Assembly (NCBI GenBank): GCA_902521315.1
Contig: CABYRH010000005.1
Span: 336 to 64,335 of the forward strand
Source of the DNA: an uncultured Alphaproteobacteria bacterium
GTDB taxonomy: Bacteria > Pseudomonadota > Alphaproteobacteria > HIMB59 > GCA-002718135
Length of the DNA: 64,000 nucleotides
Direction of reading: 5' to 3'
The translations under genes were made by a program, and so were the position numbers. Shown here piece by piece: positions 28,126 through 42,956 of this stretch. The notes below the pieces were generated by a model. The model was not told the origin of the DNA, ran no database searches, and saw nothing but the letters and a program-made list of their open reading frames with translations. The first letter of the stretch is position 1, and every line of letters starts with the position of its first letter.

Positions 28126-28382
28126 TGGCAACGAAAAAAGCAGGTGGTAGTTCAAGGAATGGAAGAGACTCGGCGGGTCGAAGACTTGGAGTTAAAAAAT
28201 TTGGCGGTGAAAACGTAATAGCAGGAAACATTATTATTAGGCAGCGAGGCACAAAGTTTCATCCAGGTGATAATGTTGGCATAGGTAAAGATCACACAAT
28301 ATTTGCTACAATAAATGGAAAAGTAGCTTTTAAAAAAACAAGAGTAAGAACTTTTGTATCAGTTGTTCCCACAGAACAATAA
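28125..28382 (+). CDS. rpmA: 50S ribosomal protein L27
   Basis: [26 protein letters not shown]. Confidence 0.98.
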   Translation: MATKKAGGSSRNGRDSAGRRLGVKKFGGENVIAGNIIIRQRGTKFHPGDNVGIGKDHTIFATINGKVAFKKTRVRTFVSVVPTEQ

Positions 28383-28396
28383 TCCCAATTAATTAA

Positions 28397-30490
<2,094 letters not shown>

Positions 30491-30494
<4 letters not shown>

Positions 30495-31744
30495 GTATTG
30501 AAAATAATATTATTGAATTAGGCAAAAGAGCAAAATCTGCCTCTCTAAATATGAAAGTCTGTAGCAGTGATCAAAAAAATCTTGCTTTAAAAAAACTCAC
30601 TAAAAATTTAGATAAAAATAGAAATAAAATTCTTGAAGCTAATAAAATAGATTTAGAAAATGGTGAAAAAAAATCTTTAGCTAAGCCGTTAATAAATAGA
30701 CTTACATTAACTGAAAAATCTATTGATGGATTGATTACATCAATTGAAGATATAATCGAAATACCAGATCCAATTGGAATTACATTAGAAAAATGGGAAA
30801 GGCCTAATGGTTTGCAGTTTCGTAAAATTTCAACACCACTTGGTGTATTAGGCGTAATTTATGAATCCAGACCAAACGTCACTGTTGATGCGTCCTGTCT
30901 TTCTATAAAATCTGGTAATTGTATAATTTTAAGAGGTGGTAGTGATAGTTTTCATTCCTCTAAGGAATTGGTAAATAATATTACAAATGCTTTCACGGAA
31001 GCTGACCTCCCTGAACATTGTGTCCAAATGATTAATACACCTGAAAGAGAAGCGGTTGATCATTTGCTAAGCATGAGAGATTATGTTGACGTCATTATTC
31101 CTAGGGGTGGTAAAGGTTTGATTGAAAAAATTTATTCAGCAAGCAAAATACCCGTTATCAAACATTTAGACGGTATATGTCATGTGTATGTAGATAAAGA
31201 TGCTGATTTAAGTATTGCAGAAAAAGTAGTTTTTAATAGCAAAATGAGACGTCCTGAAATTTGTGGTGCTGCAGAAACACTTTTAATTGATGAAAAAATT
31301 AAAGACGAAGCAATGAAAATATTAAAACCTCTAAAAGAAGTAAATTGTGAAATTAGAGGCGATGGATATATTCAGTCTTTAGATAGTGATTTTAAAACGG
31401 CAAGTGAAGAAGATTGGTCACTAGAATATTTAGATAAAATTTTATCAGTAAAAATTGTTTCTGGTGTTGAGGAAGCGGTTAAGCATATAAATGATTATTC
31501 TTCTGGACATACGGAAAGTATAATTACAGAAAGTGAAAAAACCTTTGAAAAATTTTATAATAAGATTGACAGCGCAATAATACTTAAAAATGCATCTACA
31601 CAATTTGCGGATGGCGGTGAATTTGGTTTTGGTGCTGAGATTGGAATTTCAACAGACAAAATACATGTAAGAGGACCAGTGGGAACAAAACATTTAACTA
31701 CATTTAAATATGTAGTTAATGGCAATGGTCAGGAAAGACCCTAA
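30491..31744 (+). CDS. proA: Gamma-glutamyl phosphate reductase
   Basis: IYESRPNVT, PRGG, CGAAETLL, NASTQFADGGEFG.GAEIGIST. Confidence 0.95.
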
Positions 31745-32323
31745 TTGAAAAAGATTGGACTTCTGGGAGGGTCTTTTGATCCGCCACATCGAGGGCATCT
31801 ATTTATTTCGAATGAAGCTAAAAAAGTATTACAGCTAGATGAAATTTGGTGGCTAGTTACACCTCAAAACCCCTTGAAGATTTCAAAGCCCGCAACATAC
31901 GAAGAGAGATTACAAAATTGTAAACAAATTACAAAAAATTTTCCTATAAAAATATTAGAAGTAGAAAAAAAAATTAAATCTCAATACTCTTATCAAACAA
32001 TTAAATTTCTAATTCAATATTATAAAAATATTAAATTTTTTTGGTTAATGGGTGCAGATAATTTAGTTAATTTCCACGAATGGGAAAGGTGGCAATCAAT
32101 TTTTCATATTATCTCTATTGTTATTTTTAGAAGACATGGATATAATACGAATGCTTTGAAAAGTGTTGCAGCAAAAAAATTTATTCATCATAAATATATA
32201 GCTCAAGACATAGAACATGTTTCAAAAAAAATTCCTGCATGGACTTTGATTCAAAATAAAGAAATTAAAATTTCATCATCTGAAATTAGAAATCAAAGAA
32301 ATAAATTAAGAGGCAAATATTAA
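31745..32323 (+). CDS. nadD: Nicotinate-nucleotide adenylyltransferase
   Basis: GGSFDPPHRGH, LMGADN, ISSSEIR; TTG start. Confidence 0.92.
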   Translation: MKKIGLLGGSFDPPHRGHLFISNEAKKVLQLDEIWWLVTPQNPLKISKPATYEERLQNCKQITKNFPIKILEVEKKIKSQYSYQTIKFLIQYYKNIKFFWLMGADNLVNFHEWERWQSIFHIISIVIFRRHGYNTNALKSVAAKKFIHHKYIAQDIEHVSKKIPAWTLIQNKEIKISSSEIRNQRNKLRGKY

Positions 32324-32336
32324 TAAAATTACTTCA

Positions 32337-32672
32337 TTGACAGAAAATATTGTATCAATACTAAGTGATGCAAAAGCTGAAGATATAAAAGTTATTGATT
32401 TATCTAATAAATCATCCGTTGCTGATGCCTTTGTGATTGCTACCTGTAGGTCAACTAGACATTCGGATGCTACAGCAGACGAAATGGTAAAAAAATTAAA
32501 AAAAGCGGGGATAAAGTGTCCAAATCCTGAAGGAAGACCTCAATGTGACTGGATAATTGTTGATGCAGGTGAGATTATTGTTCATTTGTTTCGACAAGAA
32601 ATTAGAGAATTATATGCATTAGAAAAATTATGGGAAGTAAGCTTTGATTCTTCACAAACTAAACTAGCTTAA
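32337..32672 (+). CDS. rsfS: Ribosome silencing factor
   Basis: KAEDI, WIIVDAGEIIVHLF, RELYALEKLW; TTG start. Confidence 0.92.
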   Translation: MTENIVSILSDAKAEDIKVIDLSNKSSVADAFVIATCRSTRHSDATADEMVKKLKKAGIKCPNPEGRPQCDWIIVDAGEIIVHLFRQEIRELYALEKLWEVSFDSSQTKLA

Positions 32673-32677
32673 AATAT

Positions 32678-33970
32678 ATGATAATTTCAAAAAATGTTTT
32701 TTTAAAAGTAATACTACTGCTCACCCTCATTACACTTCTTGCACCTAAAACATATGGATCTTCTTCAGATGAAGAAAAATATAAATATTTAGATCTATTT
32801 GGACAAGTGTTTGACAGGGTAAGATCTTCCTATGTGGAAGAGGTTACGGATCAAGAATTAATTGAAAAAGCGATTGATGGAATGTTGTCAGGTTTAGATC
32901 CTCATTCTGGTTTTATGAATGAAGAAGTATTTCAAGAAATGCAAATGGATACAGAGGGTAAATTTGGTGGATTAGGTATTGAAATTACTATGGAAGAAGG
33001 TTTTGTGAAAGTCATTGCTCCGATAGAAGATACGCCGGCATATGATGCTGGAGTTCTTGCAGGTGATTATATTATTCAAATAGACGAAACACCTGTTTTT
33101 GGTTTAACTCTAAATGAAGCTGTTGAATTAATGAGAGGCAAAAAAGGTGAGCCAATAGTAATTACTATTTCAAGAGCAAATACTGAACCCTTTGAGATTG
33201 AAATTATCAGAGATTATATCAAAATTAGATCAGTTAAAAGTGAAGTGCATAACAATATTGGATACTTAAGAATAACATCATTTAATGAACAAACAGAAAG
33301 TGGCCTTCTAAAAGCTATAAAAAAGATTGAACAAGAAAATAAAATAAAGGGTTACGTTTTAGATGTACGGTCAAATCCAGGTGGTCTTCTTACACAAGCA
33401 GTTAAGGTAACGGATATATTCTTGGAAAGAGGAGAAATTGTTTCAACAAGAGGTAGAGATAAAAAAGACATAAGAAGATATCGTGCAAAAAAATCTGATA
33501 GAACTAATGGGAAACCACTTGTTGTAATTATTGATAGTGGTTCTGCATCAGCTTCTGAAATTGTTGCAGGCGCACTTCAAGATCATAAAAGAGCAATCAT
33601 TATAGGTACACAATCTTTTGGAAAGGGTTCAGTTCAAACAATAATTCCATTTCAAGTTTCAAATACTGATAATCTAACTGGTATAAGATTAACTACCGCC
33701 AGATATTATACTCCTTCAGGTGAATCAATCCAAGGTAAGGGGATTGTACCAGATATAATCATTGAACAAGGAGAATTTGAATCGTTTAATTATAAAAGAT
33801 TTTCTGAATCAGATCTAAAAGACTCTCTTGATAAAAACAATGAAGAAGACGTAGAAATTGAAGATAATGAATTAAGTGAGTTTGAAAAACGATTAGAAGT
33901 TGATTATCAACTTCGAAGAGCTTTTGATCTTGTGCAAGGTGTAAGTCTCTTTAATGAAACTCAAGAATAG
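32678..33970 (+). CDS. ctpA: Carboxyl-terminal processing protease (S41A)
   Basis: LDPHS, PDZ GGLGIEI, DVRSNPGG, SASASEIVAGALQD, FGKGSVQ. Confidence 0.93.
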   Translation: MIISKNVFLKVILLLTLITLLAPKTYGSSSDEEKYKYLDLFGQVFDRVRSSYVEEVTDQELIEKAIDGMLSGLDPHSGFMNEEVFQEMQMDTEGKFGGLGIEITMEEGFVKVIAPIEDTPAYDAGVLAGDYIIQIDETPVFGLTLNEAVELMRGKKGEPIVITISRANTEPFEIEIIRDYIKIRSVKSEVHNNIGYLRITSFNEQTESGLLKAIKKIEQENKIKGYVLDVRSNPGGLLTQAVKVTDIFLERGEIVSTRGRDKKDIRRYRAKKSDRTNGKPLVVIIDSGSASASEIVAGALQDHKRAIIIGTQSFGKGSVQTIIPFQVSNTDNLTGIRLTTARYYTPSGESIQGKGIVPDIIIEQGEFESFNYKRFSESDLKDSLDKNNEEDVEIEDNELSEFEKRLEVDYQLRRAFDLVQGVSLFNETQE

Positions 33971-33972
33971 TA

Positions 33973-34443
33973 ATGCAAAAAAAATATAGAAAGTGCGTGG
34001 GAATGATGATTCTCAATGCAAGAAATCAAATTTTAGTAGGTCGAAGATTAGATCATCCTAGTGGATATTGGCAAATGCCTCAAGGTGGTATCGATGAAAA
34101 TGAAAATCCTGAAGAAGCAGTTTGGAGAGAAATGATGGAGGAGATTGGTACAAATAATGCATCTTTGATTACTTCATCTCAAGAATGGATCTCTTATGAC
34201 ATACCTACAGAAACACTCAAGACATTACCTTGGGGTGATAAATACATAGGTCAAATTCAAAAGTGGTTTTTATTTCGTTTTACAGGATTTGACGACGATA
34301 TAAATGTAGGGACAGAAAATCCTGAATTTAGTGAATGGCAATGGATGGATTATGATGAAATTAGTCAAAACGCAGTACCATTTAAAAGAAATGTTTATAT
34401 AAAAATTCAAAAAGAATTTAGAATTAATTTAGTTAAAGTTTAA
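33973..34443 (+). CDS. rppH: RNA pyrophosphohydrolase
   Basis: YRKCVG, WQMPQGGID, Nudix REMMEEIG, GQIQKWF, VPFKRNVY. Confidence 0.93.
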   Translation: MQKKYRKCVGMMILNARNQILVGRRLDHPSGYWQMPQGGIDENENPEEAVWREMMEEIGTNNASLITSSQEWISYDIPTETLKTLPWGDKYIGQIQKWFLFRFTGFDDDINVGTENPEFSEWQWMDYDEISQNAVPFKRNVYIKIQKEFRINLVKV

Positions 34444-34455
34444 TTTAGAAAGAAA

Positions 34456-34853
34456 TTAAATTTTATCGTAATAATTTACATTTATTGCTTCTAATTTTGC
34501 TTTAGCTACAGAAAGTTGTTCCTCTGATTCCTTACCATCTTTATTTTCTAATTCTTGTATTTCTTTTTCAATTGATGTTTTTTCTAAAGAATTAACTTCA
34601 ACAACACTTTCAGCAAGAACGATGCATTTTTCTGGGTTGATTTCTGCAAAACCACCAGAAACAAAAAAGGATTTAATTAAATTTTTATCTTCGCTGTATA
34701 CCATTACTCTTCCTGGTCTAAGAGAGGACATTACCTTGCTATGTCCTGGTAAAATACCTAAGTCACCATCTTTACCAGGGACAATTATAGTACCAACTTC
34801 ATCGTTGAACACAAGATTTTCTGGAGAAACTAAATCAAAAGAAATTGTTGCCA

Positions 34854-34854
<1 letters not shown>
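34456..34854 (-). CDS. atpC: ATP synthase F1 epsilon subunit
   Basis: LVSPE, GILPGH, VSGGFAEI. Confidence 0.95.
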
Positions 34855-37179
<2,325 letters not shown>

Positions 37180-37182
37180 AGA

Positions 37183-38718
37183 TTAATTACTTGCAAACTT
37201 TCCAACCAAATCATCTAAGATTGATTTTAATTTATCATCATTTTCTTTAGATAATTCTTTTTCATTGGCAATTGCATCTAATAAATCACTATGCTTAGTT
37301 CTAATCTCATTTAAAACTTCTGCTTCAAACTTGACTACATCACCTACTGCAACTTTATCAAGATATCCGCGCACACCTGCATAAATAGAAACAACTTGCT
37401 CTGAAACCGTTAGTGGTGAATACTGACCTTGTTTTAAGATTTCAACTAGTCTTGCGCCACGATCAAGTAATTGTTTCGTTGAAGCGTCTAAGTCTGATGC
37501 AAACTGTGCAAAAGCAGCCATTTCACGATATTGAGCTAATTCAAGTTTTACAGGACCAGCAATTTTTTTCATTGCTTTTGTTTGAGCTGCAGAACCAACA
37601 CGACTTACGGAAAGACCAACGTTAATTGCAGGACGAATACCAGCAAAAAATAAGTTTGTTTCTAAAAATATTTGTCCATCAGTAATGGAAATAACATTTG
37701 TTGGAATATAAGCAGATAAATCTCCTGCTTGAGTTTCAATAATTGGAAGGGCGGTCAAACTTCCACCACCATGTTCATCACTCATTTTGGCAGCTCTTTC
37801 TAAAAGACGACTATGAATGTAAAATACATCTCCGGGATATGCTTCACGTCCTGGAGGTCTTCTTAATAATAGAGACATCTGTCTGTAAGCAACAGCTTGC
37901 TTTGATAAATCATCATAAACAATTAACGCATGCATACCGTTATCTCTAAAATACTCACCCATTGTACAGCCAGTATAAGCAGATAAAAATTGCAACGGTG
38001 CAGGCTCGGATGCAGTTGCAGATACAACAATTGTATATTCCATTGCACCATTATCTTCTAGTGTTTTAACAATTTGAGCAACTGTTGACCTTTTCTGACC
38101 AATTGCGACATAGATACAATATAACTTTTCTTTTTCATTATCTGATTGATTTACAGATTTTTGATTTAAGATTGTATCAATAGCAACAGCAGTTTTACCT
38201 GTTTGTCTGTCACCAATAATTAATTCACGTTGTCCTCTTCCAACTGGAACAAGAGCATCAAGTGCTTTAATACCTGTCTGCATAGGTTCAGATACACTTT
38301 GACGAGGAATAATACCTGGGGCTTTTAATTCAATTCTTCTTTTTTCAGAAGATTGAATAGGACCTTTACCATCAATAGGATTTCCTAAACCATCAACAAC
38401 ACGTCCTAACAATTCTTTTCCAACAGGAACGTCAACAATTTCTCCAGTACGTTTAACTGTATCACCTTCTTTAATTCCAGTATCATCACCGAAGATTGAA
38501 ACACCAACGTTATCCATTTCAAGGTTGAGGGCCATACCTTTAATGCCGCCTGGGAATTCTACCATCTCTCCAGCTTGTACTTGATCAAGACCATAAACAC
38601 GTGCAATTCCGTCTCCAACACTTAGTACTGTTCCAACCTCAGCAACATCCGCTTTAGTTTCAAAATTAGCTATTTGGTCTTTAATTACAGACGATATTTC
38701 TGCAGCTTTAATTTCCAT
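37183..38718 (-). CDS. atpA: ATP synthase F1 alpha subunit
   Basis: [28 protein letters not shown]. Confidence 0.98.
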   Translation of the reverse strand: MEIKAAEISSVIKDQIANFETKADVAEVGTVLSVGDGIARVYGLDQVQAGEMVEFPGGIKGMALNLEMDNVGVSIFGDDTGIKEGDTVKRTGEIVDVPVGKELLGRVVDGLGNPIDGKGPIQSSEKRRIELKAPGIIPRQSVSEPMQTGIKALDALVPVGRGQRELIIGDRQTGKTAVAIDTILNQKSVNQSDNEKEKLYCIYVAIGQKRSTVAQIVKTLEDNGAMEYTIVVSATASEPAPLQFLSAYTGCTMGEYFRDNGMHALIVYDDLSKQAVAYRQMSLLLRRPPGREAYPGDVFYIHSRLLERAAKMSDEHGGGSLTALPIIETQAGDLSAYIPTNVISITDGQIFLETNLFFAGIRPAINVGLSVSRVGSAAQTKAMKKIAGPVKLELAQYREMAAFAQFASDLDASTKQLLDRGARLVEILKQGQYSPLTVSEQVVSIYAGVRGYLDKVAVGDVVKFEAEVLNEIRTKHSDLLDAIANEKELSKENDDKLKSILDDLVGKFASN

Positions 38719-39275
38719 TATGCCCCCTTCATTGCAATTTTAAGTTTATTAATTTTATTCGCTATAGATGTATCAATCATTTTGGAACCAACCTTAACAA
38801 TTAAACCACCAATAATGTCTTCATCAACATCAAAATTTAAAGATAATTTTCCACCTAAAGATTTTTTAAGTTGATTTGTAATATTATTTTTTTCATCATC
38901 AGATAATATGTTTGCTGATGTTATGTCAGCAGTAATATCACCTCTTTTTTCAGAGTTTATTTTTTTAAATTGTAAAATAATAGAACCGATATTTGAAATT
39001 CTTTTATTGTTATCAAGAACTTTTAAAAAAGTTGTCGTAAGATTATGTAAATTTGCTTTAGAAAATAATTTTAACAAAATATTAAGCTTCTCATCTGAAT
39101 TTACTAATGGACTTTTAATTACTTGTCTCAATTCTGAACTTTCTTTCAATGCTTTTTGCACTAATTCAAAGTCATTTAGAATATCATCAATACATTTTTT
39201 TTCAGAAGCAAGATCATAGAGGGCTGCTCCGTACCTTTCAGATATTAGGTCTCCAGACAATGTATTAGACGCCAT
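38718..39275 (-). CDS. atpH: ATP synthase F1 delta subunit
   Basis: [23 protein letters not shown]; position in the atp operon. Confidence 0.95.
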   Translation of the reverse strand: MASNTLSGDLISERYGAALYDLASEKKCIDDILNDFELVQKALKESSELRQVIKSPLVNSDEKLNILLKLFSKANLHNLTTTFLKVLDNNKRISNIGSIILQFKKINSEKRGDITADITSANILSDDEKNNITNQLKKSLGGKLSLNFDVDEDIIGGLIVKVGSKMIDTSIANKINKLKIAMKGA

Positions 39276-39393
39276 ATATTAAGTTCATAAGAAGTTTAGA
39301 AATAGGCTATTAACACATCAGAAAAAGTAGGTAAACTGTCAGTTTGTGCGTCAAATGAGTTAAATTGAAGATATTTTTAAAATTGTGGGTAAA

Positions 39394-41349
39394 TTACATA
39401 AATGAATAGGGATCGACATCAATAATTAACTTTACAGAAGAAGGTAATTTAGTCTTTTCGACAATTTTTTTTGTGAATTTATTCAGATTTTTTCTACTAT
39501 TACTCTTCAATAATATTCTGTATCTATATTGTCCTCTAAGCAGAAAAATTGGAGCTTCAACTGGACCGAGAATTTTAATATTTTTACTATTTTGATCTTG
39601 TTGAGCCAGTCTTGAAGCATGTTTAAGAACTAAAGCTTTTGTATGACTAGAAAGAATTATTGAAGTCATAAAACCAAAAGGAGGAATATTAAAATTCTTT
39701 CTTTCTTCTAAAGCTCTTTCAATAAAAGCTTCTCTTTCTCGAAGTTGAATCGACTTAATTATTTCTTGATCTGGAAAATATGTTTGAAGAAAAACTTTAC
39801 CAATTTTTTTTCCTCTACCAGCTCTTCCTCCAACTTGCTGAAGTAGGTTAAAAGTTTTTTCTATAGCTCTAGGATCACCGCCAAATAAACCTGCGTCCGC
39901 ATCAACAATTCCTACTAATGACAAATTTGGAAAATCATATCCTTTTGCCATAATTTGTGTGGCTACAATTATATCTATATCTTTGTTGTTTATATCAGTA
40001 ATAAATTTTTTAATTTTGTTTGGCGTGTTAACGTTGTCACTAGACATGATGGAAATATTTTTCCCAGGAAAGAATTCTTTTAGCTCCTCTGCAACTCTCT
40101 CAACACCAGGACCAACAAATTTTATACTATCTTTTTCATTACATTGAGGACAATCTAAATTTAATTTTTTTATAGTTCCGCATTGATGGCATAAGAAAAC
40201 TTTTTTGTGTTGATGCATAACCATCCATGATGAACATTGATCGCATTCATATCTGAACCCACAACTATTACACAAGGTTAATGGTGAGTATCCTCTACGA
40301 TTTAAAAAAATAAGAGTTTGTTCTTTATTTTCTAAGCACTGAGAAATAGAATCTATAATTGATTGTGATATCCATTTATCTTTATCAAGTTTATTTTTAT
40401 TTAAATCAATTATAGAAATTTCAGGTAATGGAGTTCCAGAAAATTGTTTTGATAAATAGACTTGATCATATTTTTTAATTTTAACATTATTTATTGTTTC
40501 TAAAGACGGCGTTGCCGAAGCTAATAATATAAAATTTTTTTCAATTTTAGCTCTTACAACTGCAAGATCTCTTGCTTGGTAACGTATATTGTCCTCTTGT
40601 TTATAACTAGGGTCATGTTCTTCATCGACAACAATTAATCCTAAGTTTGTAAAAGGAAGAAACAAACTTGAACGAGCACCAATAACAATGACTGGATCTC
40701 CTGCAAAACATTTATGCCAAATTTTTTGCCTATTTTTTTTTGTAATTTTAGAATGCCACAAACACACTTCCATTCCAAAACGCTTCTTTACTCTTGTCTC
40801 TAGTTGCGGTGTTAAACTAATTTCTGGAACCATTATTAATATTTGTTTTTTTTCTTTTAAAAATTTATCTATTATTTCAAAATATACTTCAGTTTTACCA
40901 GAGCCTGTTACACCTTCTAATAAAACAGGTTTGTTTGATTTATTAAATGATTGGGTAATTTCTTTAAATGAATCTGCTTGCTCTTCACTCAAGGTCACAA
41001 AAGAAGGTTCGATGTTATTGAAACTATCTAATTTTTCTTTATCAAATTCAACTATATCATTGTTAATAAGGAATAATTTTAAAACTGCTCCTAGTGGAGC
41101 TAAAGTATAGCTTGCAATCCAATTTATAAAATCGATTAAAGAATTCTGAAGGATAAGATCATTACAAATTTTTGTAACCTCTTTAATTTCGTATCCAGGA
41201 TTTTTAACATTCCTTTTCCAAATAATTCCAGCTTCTATTTTTTTTCCAAATGGAACTATAACTACTTGACCAATTTCAAGTTGCTCATTTGTTGAAGAAT
41301 AAGTGAAAACTTTGTCGAAAGGTCTTGTTACTACTACATCGTACAACAT
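39394..41349 (-). CDS. priA: Primosomal protein N' (replication restart helicase)
   Basis: GVTGSGKTEVY, VDEEH, LNRRGY, CxxC Zn motifs, QVGGRAGR, IDVDP; probable start ATG 41349. Confidence 0.94.
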   Translation of the reverse strand: MLYDVVVTRPFDKVFTYSSTNEQLEIGQVVIVPFGKKIEAGIIWKRNVKNPGYEIKEVTKICNDLILQNSLIDFINWIASYTLAPLGAVLKLFLINNDIVEFDKEKLDSFNNIEPSFVTLSEEQADSFKEITQSFNKSNKPVLLEGVTGSGKTEVYFEIIDKFLKEKKQILIMVPEISLTPQLETRVKKRFGMEVCLWHSKITKKNRQKIWHKCFAGDPVIVIGARSSLFLPFTNLGLIVVDEEHDPSYKQEDNIRYQARDLAVVRAKIEKNFILLASATPSLETINNVKIKKYDQVYLSKQFSGTPLPEISIIDLNKNKLDKDKWISQSIIDSISQCLENKEQTLIFLNRRGYSPLTLCNSCGFRYECDQCSSWMVMHQHKKVFLCHQCGTIKKLNLDCPQCNEKDSIKFVGPGVERVAEELKEFFPGKNISIMSSDNVNTPNKIKKFITDINNKDIDIIVATQIMAKGYDFPNLSLVGIVDADAGLFGGDPRAIEKTFNLLQQVGGRAGRGKKIGKVFLQTYFPDQEIIKSIQLREREAFIERALEERKNFNIPPFGFMTSIILSSHTKALVLKHASRLAQQDQNSKNIKILGPVEAPIFLLRGQYRYRILLKSNSRKNLNKFTKKIVEKTKLPSSVKLIIDVDPYSFM

Positions 41350-41412
41350 TATATTTATGTATTTTTTATATGTTAACTTTCTAAATAACTTGTATATGGT
41401 ATACAACAAACA

Positions 41413-42072
41413 ATGAAATTTTTTATAGACACTGCCGATATACCTCAGATCGAAGAGTTAATGCCTAGTGGATTAATAGACGGTGTTACTACAAACCCAT
41501 CTCTGATTGCAAAAAGTGGTAAAGATATGGGAGAAACAATTAAAACAATTTGCTCAATAGTATCCGGTCCAGTAAGTGCAGAAGTGACAGCAACGGAATA
41601 TGACAAAATGCTTGAAGAAGGTGAATACTTAGCATCATTAGCTAAGAATGTTGCTGTAAAAGTTCCTCTTACACCTGCTGGTCTTCAGACTTGCAAAGCT
41701 CTTAGAGAAAAAGATATCATGGTAAATGTAACATTATGTTTTAGTGCTGCTCAAGCATTACTAGCCGCTAAGGTTGGTGCAACATTTATTTCTCCATTTG
41801 TGGGAAGACTCGATGATATTGGTGAAAAAGGTATGGATCTAATTTCAGATATAGTAATAATGTATGAAAATTATGGATTTGATACTGAAGTATTAGTTGC
41901 TTCAGTTAGAAATACTCAACATCTTATTGATGCAGCTGTGATTGGTGCCCATGTTTCAACTCTACCACCTAAAGTTATTCACGAATTATATAAACATCCT
42001 CTCACAGATAAAGGTCTGAAAGCATTTCTTGATGATTGGGCAAAAACAGGACAGCAAATCTTGCCAAAATAA
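41413..42072 (+). CDS. tal: Transaldolase / fructose-6-phosphate aldolase family (TalC-type)
   Basis: [36 protein letters not shown]. Confidence 0.92.
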   Translation: MKFFIDTADIPQIEELMPSGLIDGVTTNPSLIAKSGKDMGETIKTICSIVSGPVSAEVTATEYDKMLEEGEYLASLAKNVAVKVPLTPAGLQTCKALREKDIMVNVTLCFSAAQALLAAKVGATFISPFVGRLDDIGEKGMDLISDIVIMYENYGFDTEVLVASVRNTQHLIDAAVIGAHVSTLPPKVIHELYKHPLTDKGLKAFLDDWAKTGQQILPK

Positions 42073-42077
42073 TCGTC

Positions 42078-42740
42078 ATGGCGCATGAAGATGAAATTAG
42101 TGAAAAACAAATAATAAATTTTTTAAAAAAAAATAAAAATTTTTTTATTAAAAATTCAGAATTAGTTAATGAACTAAATTTTCCAACCGTAGATAATAGT
42201 TCTGATAAGGTTGTTGATTTAGAAGCTTATAGATATAAAAAAATATCTCAACAAAATATAGATCTACAAAATCAAATGACAAAAGTACTACTTGCAGGAA
42301 AAAGTCATTTAAATGCTCAAAAAAGAATTCTAAAATCTACAATTAGAATTCTAAATGTAAAAAGTTTACAAAAATTAATAAGCTTAATTAAAAATGATCT
42401 TAAAACAATTTTAGGTTGTGATGAAATGAATTGTTTTTTTACAAATGAAAATATTAGAGCAGAAAACTTATCACAACTGGATATTAAAATTGCAAATAGT
42501 TATTTTAAAAACAAAATGGTTACAAATTTAAATCAAAATCCTAAAGGTTTACTTTTGTTTTTTCCTAATAAATCAGCAACGATAAAATCATATATTTTAT
42601 TAAAAGTTAAGTTTCGTGAAGATAGTCTAATATTGGCTATGGGATCGAAAGATAAAAATAAATTCACAATTGATATGCAAACTGATCTTGTTGAGTACTT
42701 AATTAAAATTATAGAAGTAAATTTATTAAGTATTAAATGA
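42078..42740 (+). CDS. DUF484 (YigA-like) family protein
   Basis: FLKKNKNFF..., VVDL, coiled coil, LAMGSKDKNKF...MQTDL; usual position after tal; probable start ATG 42078. Confidence 0.7.
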   Translation: MAHEDEISEKQIINFLKKNKNFFIKNSELVNELNFPTVDNSSDKVVDLEAYRYKKISQQNIDLQNQMTKVLLAGKSHLNAQKRILKSTIRILNVKSLQKLISLIKNDLKTILGCDEMNCFFTNENIRAENLSQLDIKIANSYFKNKMVTNLNQNPKGLLLFFPNKSATIKSYILLKVKFREDSLILAMGSKDKNKFTIDMQTDLVEYLIKIIEVNLLSIK

Positions 42741-42752
42741 AAGGAAGGTAAA

Positions 42753-42956
42753 ATGAAAGGTTATAGATTTATTACAGATGATGACACTATTGATTTTTGC
42801 CAAAGAGTAACAGAGGCACTCTCTAATGGATGGAAATTACATGGTGAACCAAAAATGACTTTTGATCATAAAAGAAAAGTTATGAGGTGCGGTCAAGCAG
42901 TTGTAAAACGATCATCAAAAAAATACAAAAAAGGAATGGATCTAGCTAAAATTTAA
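42753..42956 (+). CDS. DUF1737 family protein
   Basis: YRFIT.DD..FCQRVTEALSNGWKLHG.P, CGQAVVK; SD AGGAAGG. Confidence 0.8.
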   Translation: MKGYRFITDDDTIDFCQRVTEALSNGWKLHGEPKMTFDHKRKVMRCGQAVVKRSSKKYKKGMDLAKI

